From assembly GCA_025058615.1 (NCBI GenBank), contig JANXDM010000001.1, positions 1 to 55,722 of the forward strand: 55,722 nt of DNA, written 5' to 3'. Positions 27,820 to 36,729 of the stretch are shown here, one piece after another. The position numbers and the translations under genes are program-made. The stretch comes from Candidatus Pacearchaeota archaeon (lineage in GTDB: Archaea; Nanobdellota; Nanobdellia; Pacearchaeales; UBA284). Position 1 is the first letter of the stretch; each line of letters opens with the position of its first letter. A model generated the notes under the pieces. The model had not been told where the DNA came from. It saw only the letters and a list, made by a program, of their open reading frames with translations, and searched no databases.

Positions 27820-28409
27820 ATAAAACTTTAAAACTTCTCATAGCTTCGGACGCTTTTCTTTGGGCCGGTCTTGGTTTGGTTTCCCCAATTTTAGCAATTT
27901 ACATAAAAGACTATCTTCCTGGAGGAAGCATTACTGTGGTTGGTGTTGCTTCCATGGTTTTCTTATTAACGAAAGTTACTCTACAACTTATCTTTTCGAA
28001 AATTTTTCAGCCAGAAGACAGGTTTTGGATGGTGGTTTTCGGAACATTTCTTATAGCTACAGTCCCTTTTATATATTTGGTTGCAAAAAATATTTGGCAA
28101 TTTTTCCTTGCTCAACTCATCTATGGGTTCGGAGCAGGTCTTTCCTTTCCTGCGTGGTTTTCTCTTTTTGCAAGCAACCTAACGAAAGGAAAACAAGGTT
28201 ATGAATGGTCTATTTATTCGGCTTGGGTCGGAATTTCTTCAGGAGTTTCTGCCTATGTTGGTTCGTGGTTGGCAAATTTTTTTGGTTTTGAATTTGTGTT
28301 TTTTCTCGTCGGAATTTTTGCGCTTACAAGCGCATCGATACTCTTAACACTACAAAAAGAAGGCCTGAAGAAAAAGGCAAAGCATGAGATGTTCGTGGGA
28401 AGGCACTGA
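27816..28409 (+). CDS. Six-TM MFS-like half-transporter
   Basis: 197 aa, about 6 TM. ATGA overlap with the upstream gene. MFS-like loops but only half the usual length. Confidence 0.5.
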   Translation: MNKTLKLLIASDAFLWAGLGLVSPILAIYIKDYLPGGSITVVGVASMVFLLTKVTLQLIFSKIFQPEDRFWMVVFGTFLIATVPFIYLVAKNIWQFFLAQLIYGFGAGLSFPAWFSLFASNLTKGKQGYEWSIYSAWVGISSGVSAYVGSWLANFFGFEFVFFLVGIFALTSASILLTLQKEGLKKKAKHEMFVGRH

Positions 28410-28419
28410 CAGCATTAGA

Positions 28420-28959
28420 ATGAGGTGCTTCATTGCGATAGAAATAAGTGAAAAAGCGAAAGAAGAGCTCTTAAGGGTACAAAAAGAATTTAAAGGAATA
28501 ATAGAAGGAAAATTTGTAGAAAAAGAAAATTTTCATTTAACTTTAAAATTCTTGGGGGAAGTTTCTAATTATGAAATAAATCAATTAAAACAAGAATTGA
28601 GGAAAATAAGATTTAACAAATTTATAGCAAAGCTCGGCTCTATCGGTTATTTCACACCTTCTTTTGCTAGGGTTTTATGGGTATCTTTAGAACCAAAGGA
28701 TAATTTTGTCGAACTTCATGAAAAAGTAGAAAGTTTGTTGAGAAATTTCAATATAAAAAAAGAAAAGAGAAAATTCATGCCGCACGTCACCATAGCAAGA
28801 ATAAAAAATATCAAAAAAAAAGAAAAATTTTTTGAAAAAATAGAAAAAATAAAAATTGAACCGATTGATTTTGAAATTTCTTCTTTTGTTTTAAATAAGT
28901 CGGTTTTGACAGAAAAAGGACCAATATATGAAAAACTGTTCGAGTTTTATGCGGTATAA
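28420..28959 (+). CDS. 2H phosphoesterase (2'-5' RNA ligase LigT/ThpR family)
   Basis: Trimmed to ATG 28420. Two HxT/S motifs: FHLTLKFLG and PHVTIARI. Confidence 0.8.
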   Translation: MRCFIAIEISEKAKEELLRVQKEFKGIIEGKFVEKENFHLTLKFLGEVSNYEINQLKQELRKIRFNKFIAKLGSIGYFTPSFARVLWVSLEPKDNFVELHEKVESLLRNFNIKKEKRKFMPHVTIARIKNIKKKEKFFEKIEKIKIEPIDFEISSFVLNKSVLTEKGPIYEKLFEFYAV

Positions 28960-28994
28960 TTTTTTGATGATTTGAGAATTACTTTTGTTTATAT

Positions 28995-29621
28995 TCATCC
29001 CTCATATTTTGTTTCGACTATTCTTTTGATAATTTTTATTTTATTTTTATTTAGTACTTTAGAAAGTTCTTCTTCTTTTGCATTAATTATTTTTTTAATA
29101 GTTTTGAATTCCCTTAACAAATTTTTTGCAGTGACCGGTCCTATTCCAGGAAAACTTTCGAGAACAAATTGTTGTAGCTCCTGCAAAGACATATCTTTTT
29201 TCTTTAATACTAAGCTTTTTTCCATCTTTTTTTTATTAGTTCTTCTATCTAAAAGAATCAAGAAATCGACGGTTTCACTTAAATCTTTCGTGAAAATGAT
29301 AGGGACATCAAAATCAAAAATAACGGAAAGCACCATCCCCCTTACGGAATTGGGGTTAATTTTTGTGTTCTTATAAATTTCATCGTTCGGTCCTTCTATT
29401 AAAAGCAACTTTTTTGGATATTGTTTCAAGTTCTGTAGTTGCTTGATCAATCTTTTATTGAATGTGCTATTTATGAAATCCGTCATTGTTTTTCTTTCTA
29501 TTAAAATATCTCCTATCAAATAATCTCCTACTTCCAAATGATTTATTTTGAATTCAACCTTTCTGTTTGCGAGTTCTGCTATTACAAGAGAATTTTTTTC
29601 TCTTTTGTCAACTATTATCAT
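28995..29621 (-). CDS. xpf: XPF/ERCC4-type structure-specific nuclease with C-terminal (HhH)2, no helicase domain
   Basis: ERCC4 signature VGDYLIGDILIERKTMTDF. HhH FPGIGPVTAKNLLREFKTIKKI. Confidence 0.85.
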   Translation of the reverse strand: MIIVDKREKNSLVIAELANRKVEFKINHLEVGDYLIGDILIERKTMTDFINSTFNKRLIKQLQNLKQYPKKLLLIEGPNDEIYKNTKINPNSVRGMVLSVIFDFDVPIIFTKDLSETVDFLILLDRRTNKKKMEKSLVLKKKDMSLQELQQFVLESFPGIGPVTAKNLLREFKTIKKIINAKEEELSKVLNKNKIKIIKRIVETKYEG

Positions 29622-29689
29622 CTTATATGTTTTATGCTATATTTTATATCACAACGATTTTTATAAATTTCTCTTCTGAATCAATTAAT

Positions 29690-30214
29690 ATGGAAAAAAT
29701 TTCTAAGAAAGAAGCACGAAAAAGACCAGAAAAAGATATATACTATTTAAGTATTGCAAGGCAAATAGCAAAAAGGGCCACGTGCCTTAGACGAAGATTC
29801 GGAGCAATTATTGTTAAAGATGATGCAATTGTTGCGAGCGGCTACAATGGCGCTCCAAGAAAAATGCCGAACTGTATAGATTTGGATAAGTGCCCTCGAG
29901 AACTTCTTGGAATTTCGCAAGGGGAAAGATACGAACTTTGTAGGGGGGTTCACGCAGAAGCAAATGCTATAATAAATGCTGCTAGAGTAGGAGCAAACGT
30001 GTTGGACGGAATAATGTATGTTTTTGGAGAAGACAACAACGGAAAAGTTGTATCAGGAAGACCGTGCAAGATGTGCAGGCGATTGATAATCAATGCAGGA
30101 ATAAAAGAAGTGGTTGTTCCTTGGGAAGGAAAAGCAAAGAGATATAAAGTAGAAAATTGGATAAAAGAAGCGAAAAAAGATCCTTTCTTGGAATTAAAAG
30201 AGAAGGGTTATTGA
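29690..30214 (+). CDS. dCMP deaminase (CDA zinc-dependent deaminase fold)
   Basis: Trimmed to ATG 29690. GVHAEANAI and PCKMCRRLI zinc-binding motifs. Confidence 0.85.
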   Translation: MEKISKKEARKRPEKDIYYLSIARQIAKRATCLRRRFGAIIVKDDAIVASGYNGAPRKMPNCIDLDKCPRELLGISQGERYELCRGVHAEANAIINAARVGANVLDGIMYVFGEDNNGKVVSGRPCKMCRRLIINAGIKEVVVPWEGKAKRYKVENWIKEAKKDPFLELKEKGY

Positions 30215-30219
30215 GTTTT

Positions 30220-30459
30220 TTATTTTATGTCCAATTCTTTTCTTATTTTTTTCTCATCAAATCCAACTATTATTTTTCCGTTTATTTCTATTACAGGGAC
30301 ACCAGTTTGCCCTGATTTTTGTATCATTTCTTTTGCAGCCTTTTCATCTTTACTTACATCTATCTCTTCGAAGGGTATTCCGTGCTTCTTTAAAAAGTTT
30401 TTTGCAACAAAACACCAAGGGCATATTGGGGTTGTGTATATCTTGACTTGTTTTTTCAT
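30220..30459 (-). CDS. Glutaredoxin-like small redox protein
   Basis: 79 aa with CPWC active site (TTPICPWCFVAK) and thioredoxin-fold length. Confidence 0.85.
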   Translation of the reverse strand: MKKQVKIYTTPICPWCFVAKNFLKKHGIPFEEIDVSKDEKAAKEMIQKSGQTGVPVIEINGKIIVGFDEKKIRKELDIK

Positions 30460-30548
30460 AATTTTTTTTAGAAAAATTCTTTTAAATATTTTTGTTTTTT
30501 TTCTTTCATATTACTTTTCAAATCGTTCAAAAGGCCATACATTTTTTT

Positions 30549-31994
30549 TTATTTGTTGTAAGCAGCCCAATGATAACTTTCATCTCTTGTTTTTTTTGTG
30601 ATCAAAATTATTAATTTTCCCGGCTTTAGTCTTGCGGTTCTTCCTGCTCTTTGGATCTTTCTTATCGCGCTAGGTATTGGTTCGTAAAAAATTACGAGAT
30701 CGACTTCTGGAATGTCAAGTCCTTCTTCTCCTATGCTCGTACTTACCAATACATTTATTTTTCCTTCCCTAAATTCATGCAAAATTAATTGCTGTTCTTT
30801 TTGTGTTAAGCCATCAAGTTTTTTGTTTGCTTGACCAATAAAAATTTTTGATTTAATGTTCAGCTTTGTTAACTCGTCGTTAATTTTGGAAACGCTATCT
30901 CGGTACTGTGAAAACACTAAAACCCTTATCTCTGGATTTTTTTCTTTTTCTTTCAGGAGAATCTCTTTCAGAGAGGAAATTTTTGGGTGTTCGAATCCTT
31001 TTTTGTGCAATTCATAGGTATAAAAATAAACCTCTTGAAATTCTTTTGTTTTGACTAATTGGATTACTGCTTTGCTTTTTTTTTGTTTTGCTTGTTCATA
31101 TAGGTCTTGAATGTAATTGAAAAAAGCACTCATTGTTTGTGTTTCCAATAATTCTAAAGCATGCTGTAATTTAATTGCTTGCGCGCATACACTTACTCCT
31201 TTTAAAATATTGAAATTTTTTTGTCCAGAGAGGACTGTGCTCTTAAGTTTTGCTTGTAATTCTAATAATGTTTTTTTTGTTGCTTTTTCAAAAAGCAATC
31301 TTCTGTTTTTTAGCTCTTCTATCTTTTTATCATAAATTTTTTTCAAGAGTTCTCTTATTTTTTGTAGTTCTTTCGGAAGTTCTACTTTGATTATTTCATA
31401 AGATAATTTTTGTAAATAAGGTTTAACGTCTGGGCTTTCTCTTGTTCTTACTTCTATCGCCTCTATTCCAAGGTTTTTACAGATTTCTTTTATTTTAGAA
31501 GCTTCATGACTCGGAGAGGCTGTTAGTCCTAAAATTCGAGGGTTTTTAGCTTGTTCTTTATATTTTTGTGCAACAAAAGTGTAAGAATAATTTCTCAAAC
31601 ATTTATGTGCCTCATCTTCTATAAGCAAAGAAACATCTTTCAAATCTATTAAACCTTTTTTTAAATCATTTTGTATACATTGTGGCGTGCTAAAAATGAT
31701 CTGTGCTTTTTTCCAAATCTCTACGCGCTTTTTTTGGTTTATTTTTCCAGTGAAGAGATGGATTTCAAGATTTTCAGTTTCGATGTTTTTTTTGAAATAA
31801 TGATAATGTTGTTCGACAAGCGGTCTCGTTGGAGCTAAAAATAGTATCTTGCTTGATGGAAAAAGTTTTAATCGCTCCTTTGCAAGAAGCAGGGCTATCA
31901 AAGTTTTCCCCAAACCTGTTGGAAGGACAACCAAGGTATTTTTTTGCTTTGCAGTTTCTAGAATAGAAAGCTGATATATTCTGGGTTGAAGCAT
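30549..31994 (-). CDS. hef: Hef/FANCM-type SF2 helicase (helicase part only)
   Basis: VVLPTGLGKT, IEDEAHKC, helical insert, TSIGEEGLDIPEVDLVIFYEP, QRAGRTAR. The ORF ends without a nuclease domain. Confidence 0.8.
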   Translation of the reverse strand: MLQPRIYQLSILETAKQKNTLVVLPTGLGKTLIALLLAKERLKLFPSSKILFLAPTRPLVEQHYHYFKKNIETENLEIHLFTGKINQKKRVEIWKKAQIIFSTPQCIQNDLKKGLIDLKDVSLLIEDEAHKCLRNYSYTFVAQKYKEQAKNPRILGLTASPSHEASKIKEICKNLGIEAIEVRTRESPDVKPYLQKLSYEIIKVELPKELQKIRELLKKIYDKKIEELKNRRLLFEKATKKTLLELQAKLKSTVLSGQKNFNILKGVSVCAQAIKLQHALELLETQTMSAFFNYIQDLYEQAKQKKSKAVIQLVKTKEFQEVYFYTYELHKKGFEHPKISSLKEILLKEKEKNPEIRVLVFSQYRDSVSKINDELTKLNIKSKIFIGQANKKLDGLTQKEQQLILHEFREGKINVLVSTSIGEEGLDIPEVDLVIFYEPIPSAIRKIQRAGRTARLKPGKLIILITKKTRDESYHWAAYNK

Positions 31995-32080
31995 TTTTCT
32001 ATTATAGTTTTTCCATTTATATTATTTTCCATAAAAATTTATCCAGTTAACTTTAAAAAATCATTTTTTCTTTTCTAAAG

Positions 32081-32248
32081 ATGGCAAAATTAAAAGAATT
32101 TTTACAACAATGTTACAGGGTCTTGCGAATTTCAAGAAAACCAGAAGCAAAAGAGATAAAACAAGTTTCGAAAATTTCTGCGCTTGGTCTGATAATAATA
32201 GGTACGATCGGTTTTATAATAACTGTTCTTTTTGTTTTAGCTTTTTAA
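32081..32248 (+). CDS. secE: Protein translocase subunit SecE (Sec61-gamma), 55 aa; not in ORF track
   Basis: My translation is MAKLKEFLQQCYRVLRISRKPEAKEIKQVSKISALGLIIIGTIGFIITVLFVLAF. Single C-terminal TM; lies immediately upstream of Spt5/NusG (conserved secE-nusG order). Confidence 0.7.
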   Translation: MAKLKEFLQQCYRVLRISRKPEAKEIKQVSKISALGLIIIGTIGFIITVLFVLAF

Positions 32249-32249
32249 A

Positions 32250-32708
32250 ATGATATTCGTGGTTAAGGTACAAACAAGCAAAGAAGAGCAAGCAATAGAC
32301 TTAATTGCAGAAAGAATAAGAAAGAAAAAAATAGAAGTTTACGGTTTAGTGCATCCCCATGGTCTGCGTGGCTATGTGCTTATAGAAGCGCTAGACAGAG
32401 AAGCAGCAGAACGAGCTGTTTTAAAACTTCCCTATGTCAAAGGACTACTACCTAAACCGGTGGAATACAAAGAAATAGAAAAGATGATAGAGCCTGCGAC
32501 TGCAGAAATGAAAATAGAAAAGGGGGATATTGTGGAGATATTAGTAGAACCATTTAAAAGAGAGAAAGCAAAAGTAATTCGTGTGGACAAACAAAAAGAA
32601 GAGGTAGTTATAGAACTGCTCGAAGCCGCGGTACCCATACCAATAAAAAGAAAATTAGATGATGTCAAAGTAATAAGGACTGCGCAAGAAAGTGAAGAGA
32701 AGGAATAA
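32250..32708 (+). CDS. spt5: Transcription elongation factor Spt5 (NusG)
   Basis: NGN domain MIFVVKVQTSKEEQAIDLI.. and KOW motif GDIVEILVEPFKREKAKVIRVD. Confidence 0.9.
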   Translation: MIFVVKVQTSKEEQAIDLIAERIRKKKIEVYGLVHPHGLRGYVLIEALDREAAERAVLKLPYVKGLLPKPVEYKEIEKMIEPATAEMKIEKGDIVEILVEPFKREKAKVIRVDKQKEEVVIELLEAAVPIPIKRKLDDVKVIRTAQESEEKE

Positions 32709-32722
32709 ATTTTCTATCTTTT

Positions 32723-33298
32723 CTAGCGTTCCCATGTGGAATAATAAACTATTATAAGTGCTATTGCAATTATTAAAGAAATAATCAAAGTAGAAATTAA
32801 AGACATAATAGGCATCAACAAAAGAATAGAGGAACAAAGTATAAATAAGAATATACCTGTTATGCGCATTCCTGCATATATTTTTACACCTTGTCCTATA
32901 GGCAAGAAAAACAGAAAGGCGGTGAATGCACAAAGATAAGCAAAATAATTTAAATTAATCAAACGCATGATCAATCCGAAAATTAGTAATGCAAGAGGCC
33001 CAGAAACAGCAACTTTAGCAATTTCGTTTTCAGTAACCTCCACAAATTTCTTTCTTATTTTTGTTTTTTTTGGTTCTATATCAAAATTCAAGATAGCCGT
33101 CCATAAAAAATTCCTAGTTATTAAGACAAACAATAGTGGTAAAACAACCCATAAAGGAAATTCAAAACCAAGGGTTTCTTTGGGACTAAAACCGTATTTT
33201 GAGAATGTCAAAAACTTTATTTTTGCATTGCAATCTAATTTGCTTGCAACTATTTTTTCTGCAGTTATAAAAATTAAAAACATTATATTAAAAAACAA
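32723..33298 (-). CDS. Polytopic membrane protein (possible degenerate M50/S2P-like)
   Basis: 191 aa, co-directional and 39 nt downstream of the pilus ATPase. M50-like layout (..VAVSGPLALLIFGL.., ..FLFFLPIGQG..) but lacking HExxH and LDG. Confidence 0.45.
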   Translation of the reverse strand: MFFNIMFLIFITAEKIVASKLDCNAKIKFLTFSKYGFSPKETLGFEFPLWVVLPLLFVLITRNFLWTAILNFDIEPKKTKIRKKFVEVTENEIAKVAVSGPLALLIFGLIMRLINLNYFAYLCAFTAFLFFLPIGQGVKIYAGMRITGIFLFILCSSILLLMPIMSLISTLIISLIIAIALIIVYYSTWER

Positions 33299-33337
33299 AA
33301 AAGAAGAATTACTATTAATTCTTCTGCCTCAAACATT

Positions 33338-35617
33338 TTATTTCTTTTTTAATTCTTTTTTAAACCAATCTTCCCACCTTTTAAACACTTCTTTACCTCT
33401 TGGGACGCCTATTTCTTCTCTTACTTTTTCGCAAATCTCATGGAAGGCATTATTACATTTGACGACCCAAGGCGCTTCTAGTATCTCTTGTTGTTTCAAA
33501 GAAATACTCATATTTACCATAGCTTCTTTTATTTTTGCTCTGAGCAATATGTTGTCCCATACAGCATCCCAAGAACCCGCCCATTCTTTTACATTTGAAG
33601 CTATACTTTTCAGAACTTCAGATTCCCCGTTTCTGAAGTCGTCTGTTGCTATTAACTCATCTTTTGTCACGTCATATTTCATCAAGTCTAAAAAACCTTT
33701 TTCAGCTAAAGGATCTATTTGCCAATGTTTTCTTACTTCAGCTATTTCTAAGACGCGACGCCACCTATGCAAGCCGTCTGGACTTTTTATAGGATTTGCT
33801 ATTATTATTATATCTGTAGCTTTGAAGCTTGTTGCTGGAACTTTGAGGTCATTAACAACACGATCGAAAACACCATAAGGACTAGCTCCGTGTATAGTTC
33901 CAGCTACGACATTTGCGAGGGCTCCAACACGCATAGCTTCATAAAGTGCGAGGGCTTCTACACTTCGTACTTCTCCTACAATAAGACAAGAATCTCCTAG
34001 TCTTAGACTTGTTCTTATTCCTTCGTCGGCTGCAAGTTCTGTGCTTTCCCTTGTTAGTGCTTCTCTTACTTTCATTCTGAGAATGTTGTATCCTAGTTCA
34101 CGCATAATATCGACAGGCAATTCCATAGTGCCTTCTATTACTATTATTCTATAGAGCGGCATTATTTCTAACATGCATGCCCCAAGCAAAGATGTTTTTC
34201 CAGAGCTTCTTGTCCCTGCTATTAGCATGGTTCTTCCACCATCGATGAGAAAAGAAAGTAGGCCGGCTGCAAGGGGATTTAACATTTTGTTTTTTATGAA
34301 CAAAGGTAATGTCCAAGGTTTTTCTCTATGTCTTCTGAAAGCATAAGCTAAACCGTAAGGACTTAAAGGTTGTTGTATTACTGCAACCCTTGCTCTTGCC
34401 GTTCCTATTATGAGTTCTGTATCTAGAACAGGATTCGCTTCATCCAGAGGTCTACCAGAAATCATTCTGAATTTGGCTGCCCAAGATTCTGCATCTTCGT
34501 GGCTTGGTATTATATTAGTATCGCATTCGTCATAATCTTGATGTCTCACAAAAATAGGGGCCAATCCTACCGGGCTATTTACTACAATATCTTGCAGCCT
34601 TTCGTCTTGCAAGAGTACTTCTATCAAGCCAAAACCTATTGTATGTCTCACAAGAATTAATGCAAGTTTGTTTATAGTTTTGTAGTTTACATCAATTTTT
34701 TTTGCTTTAGATATTTCTATCAATAAGTCCCGTGCAACGTTAAAAAAAACTTGTCTTATTCTTGCAGGATCTGTAAATTCTTCTGCTTTAGGTTCATGCT
34801 CTAGTAAAATGTTCCTTACATCATTGACCAATGCTTGTAATTCTTCTTTCAGTGAGAATTCTGGAGGACTTAGATGGTAAAGATATTTTACCTTTCCTGG
34901 AATTTTCAGTATGGAAACCCTGCTTCTGTCGTACTCAGGCCCTATTTCATACTCATCAACTATTTCTGCATCTATCGGCATAGAGGCCATTAATCGTGTA
35001 AAAGTGAAATTTGGAACGATTTCAGGCCTGAAAAATAAAGAATATAAGTTTCTATTTTTGTAATTGTCTAACTTTTCTTCTACCGATTTTATAAGCTTTG
35101 TTTTTCCTAAAAGAGAAAAAATTTTATTTAGAATTTTTAAGTATTTTTGTTGACATATTTTACATTCTGGAGTGAAAGTTTTTTCCGTTAATTGCTCTTG
35201 TTCTATTATTTTTTTTGTTTCTATATAACAAGCTATTGGGTCTTGCTTTAGCAAAGTCAGTACAAGGTACCTTATTCCTTCATATCTTTCTGGCAGACAT
35301 CTTTTGCACGAGTAAGGCGCAAGAACTTCTGCAGAAAAAATTTTTTCATGTTTGACCAAGGTTTCGTAGACTTGTGCTATTTCCATCAAAAGAGAAACTT
35401 GTTTGAAATCATAGCTGTAGTTCCTTTGCTGAACAAAAACTATTCTTGAGACATTTGGATTTTCTGTCAATGCATCTATTACGCGGGACATACAAAAAGC
35501 AGAAGAGGCCAGATCAGGGACGAGAGGAGCACCTAAAAAATTAATATACATAACATCTTGCCCTGCTTCTCTTACGATTTCGTACTCGTACAATTTAGTC
35601 TCTTTTTTAAAGATCAT
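33338..35617 (-). CDS. Type II/IV secretion-family ATPase (PilB/FlaI/VirB11-like) with about 330-aa N-terminal extension
   Basis: Walker A IAGTRSSGKTSLLGA, Walker B/Asp-box LIVGEVRSVEA, His-box GTIHGASP. The N-terminal extension has two CxxC pairs (CKRC, CKIC). Confidence 0.85.
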   Translation of the reverse strand: MIFKKETKLYEYEIVREAGQDVMYINFLGAPLVPDLASSAFCMSRVIDALTENPNVSRIVFVQQRNYSYDFKQVSLLMEIAQVYETLVKHEKIFSAEVLAPYSCKRCLPERYEGIRYLVLTLLKQDPIACYIETKKIIEQEQLTEKTFTPECKICQQKYLKILNKIFSLLGKTKLIKSVEEKLDNYKNRNLYSLFFRPEIVPNFTFTRLMASMPIDAEIVDEYEIGPEYDRSRVSILKIPGKVKYLYHLSPPEFSLKEELQALVNDVRNILLEHEPKAEEFTDPARIRQVFFNVARDLLIEISKAKKIDVNYKTINKLALILVRHTIGFGLIEVLLQDERLQDIVVNSPVGLAPIFVRHQDYDECDTNIIPSHEDAESWAAKFRMISGRPLDEANPVLDTELIIGTARARVAVIQQPLSPYGLAYAFRRHREKPWTLPLFIKNKMLNPLAAGLLSFLIDGGRTMLIAGTRSSGKTSLLGACMLEIMPLYRIIVIEGTMELPVDIMRELGYNILRMKVREALTRESTELAADEGIRTSLRLGDSCLIVGEVRSVEALALYEAMRVGALANVVAGTIHGASPYGVFDRVVNDLKVPATSFKATDIIIIANPIKSPDGLHRWRRVLEIAEVRKHWQIDPLAEKGFLDLMKYDVTKDELIATDDFRNGESEVLKSIASNVKEWAGSWDAVWDNILLRAKIKEAMVNMSISLKQQEILEAPWVVKCNNAFHEICEKVREEIGVPRGKEVFKRWEDWFKKELKKK

Positions 35618-35714
35618 TTTTCTTTCTATAGAATCTTTTATTTATAAATCCAACTCTTAATTCTTTGTTAGGAATTCCAAAAATATTTAAATCGAAAATT
35701 CTTCCAAGAAGAAA

Positions 35715-36074
35715 ATGCCACAAGACATAAATAGCATTGCAGCCCTACTTTCTGATTTTACTATAAGAATAAATGATTTGGAAGAAAGACTCAAAATAAT
35801 GCACGAACGTATTACAATATTAGACCAAACTCTACTAAAACAAAATCAGAAAATAATCCAAGAAATAAAAAGCATCAAAGAAGAAATTTCTGAGCTTAAA
35901 GGAAAAATAGACAAAGTTGAAGAAACAATAGATCATATAATATCAGAATCGCAAGAATTTGCACGCAAGGAAGAAATTTTAGCCATAGAAAGGTTTATGA
36001 AAACTTGGGAACCAATGAACTTTGCGACAATAGATGATGTTAAAGAAATGCTTAAAGAAATAAGAAAAAAATAA
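35715..36074 (+). CDS. Coiled-coil protein, unknown function
   Basis: 119 aa, heptad-rich (LEERLKIMHERITILDQTLLKQNQKIIQEIKSIKEEISELKGKIDKVEE). Divergent from the ATPase gene. Confidence 0.5.
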   Translation: MPQDINSIAALLSDFTIRINDLEERLKIMHERITILDQTLLKQNQKIIQEIKSIKEEISELKGKIDKVEETIDHIISESQEFARKEEILAIERFMKTWEPMNFATIDDVKEMLKEIRKK

Positions 36075-36082
36075 TTAATACG

Positions 36083-36694
36083 ATGTTAGCCGACAAAGTC
36101 ATCCAACTTGTAAAGCAAGGGTATAGTGATGCTCAAATAATAAAAATTCTTAGAGAGGAAGGTTACACCCCCAAACAAATAAATGATGCTTTCAACCAGG
36201 CAAAAATAAAATTAGAGCTCAACAGAGAAATAGAAATTCCTAAGCCAGAAGAAAAAGAAACGAGTCAAGTCGAACACGAAGAAAACGAAACATTTTATGA
36301 TTTTTATCCTGCAGTGCAAAGTGTAGGTGTTAGTGATGTGGAAGAAATAGTCTCGGAGATTTTAGAAGATAAATGGCAAGAATTCAGAAAAAAAACCACT
36401 CCTTTTTTTGAAGCAGTAGAAAGGATAGAATCTCTTTTGAAAAATTTTGAAAGAAAGTTAGAAAGAAACGAAGAAGTTATTAAAAAGCTAGCAGATGCTG
36501 CAAAGCAAAAGTTTGTTGAGCACACTCACGAAATAAAAACATTAAAGGCAGAAGTAACTGCACTGCGCGAGACTTTTGATAAAATTATGAAACCCCTAAT
36601 CGTTAAAATAAAAAAAGAGGCAGGGATGCTGACATTTGAGGAAAAAGATAAGGGAAAAAAGGAAAATAAGAAATCGCTCGATTCTTTGTTTTAA
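36083..36694 (+). CDS. Coiled-coil protein with N-terminal three-helix module, unknown function
   Basis: 203 aa. N-terminus LVKQGYSDAQIIKILREEGYTPKQINDAFNQAK, acidic linker, C-terminal coiled coil. Confidence 0.5.
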   Translation: MLADKVIQLVKQGYSDAQIIKILREEGYTPKQINDAFNQAKIKLELNREIEIPKPEEKETSQVEHEENETFYDFYPAVQSVGVSDVEEIVSEILEDKWQEFRKKTTPFFEAVERIESLLKNFERKLERNEEVIKKLADAAKQKFVEHTHEIKTLKAEVTALRETFDKIMKPLIVKIKKEAGMLTFEEKDKGKKENKKSLDSLF

Positions 36695-36729
36695 GAAAAT
36701 TTGTTAATTTATAATTGATGAAAATCGAA

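Noticed and set aside
27816-28409. Half-length MFS transporter as a truncated pseudogene
   Set aside because: The ORF is cleanly bounded, with an ATGA overlap upstream. No second half is visible in other frames before the next gene. From sequence alone I cannot distinguish a genuine 6-TM protein from truncation.
32723-33298. Membrane protein downstream of the ATPase as the missing prepilin peptidase
   Set aside because: It lacks the two-Asp signature (D...GxGD) of PibD/FlaK-type aspartyl peptidases. It is reported instead as a weak degenerate M50-like candidate.
32967-33878. 303-aa plus-strand ORF spanning the junction of two minus-strand genes
   Set aside because: It is antisense to both the membrane protein 32723..33298 and the 3' part of the ATPase gene. 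Its composition is shadow-like and it has no motif.
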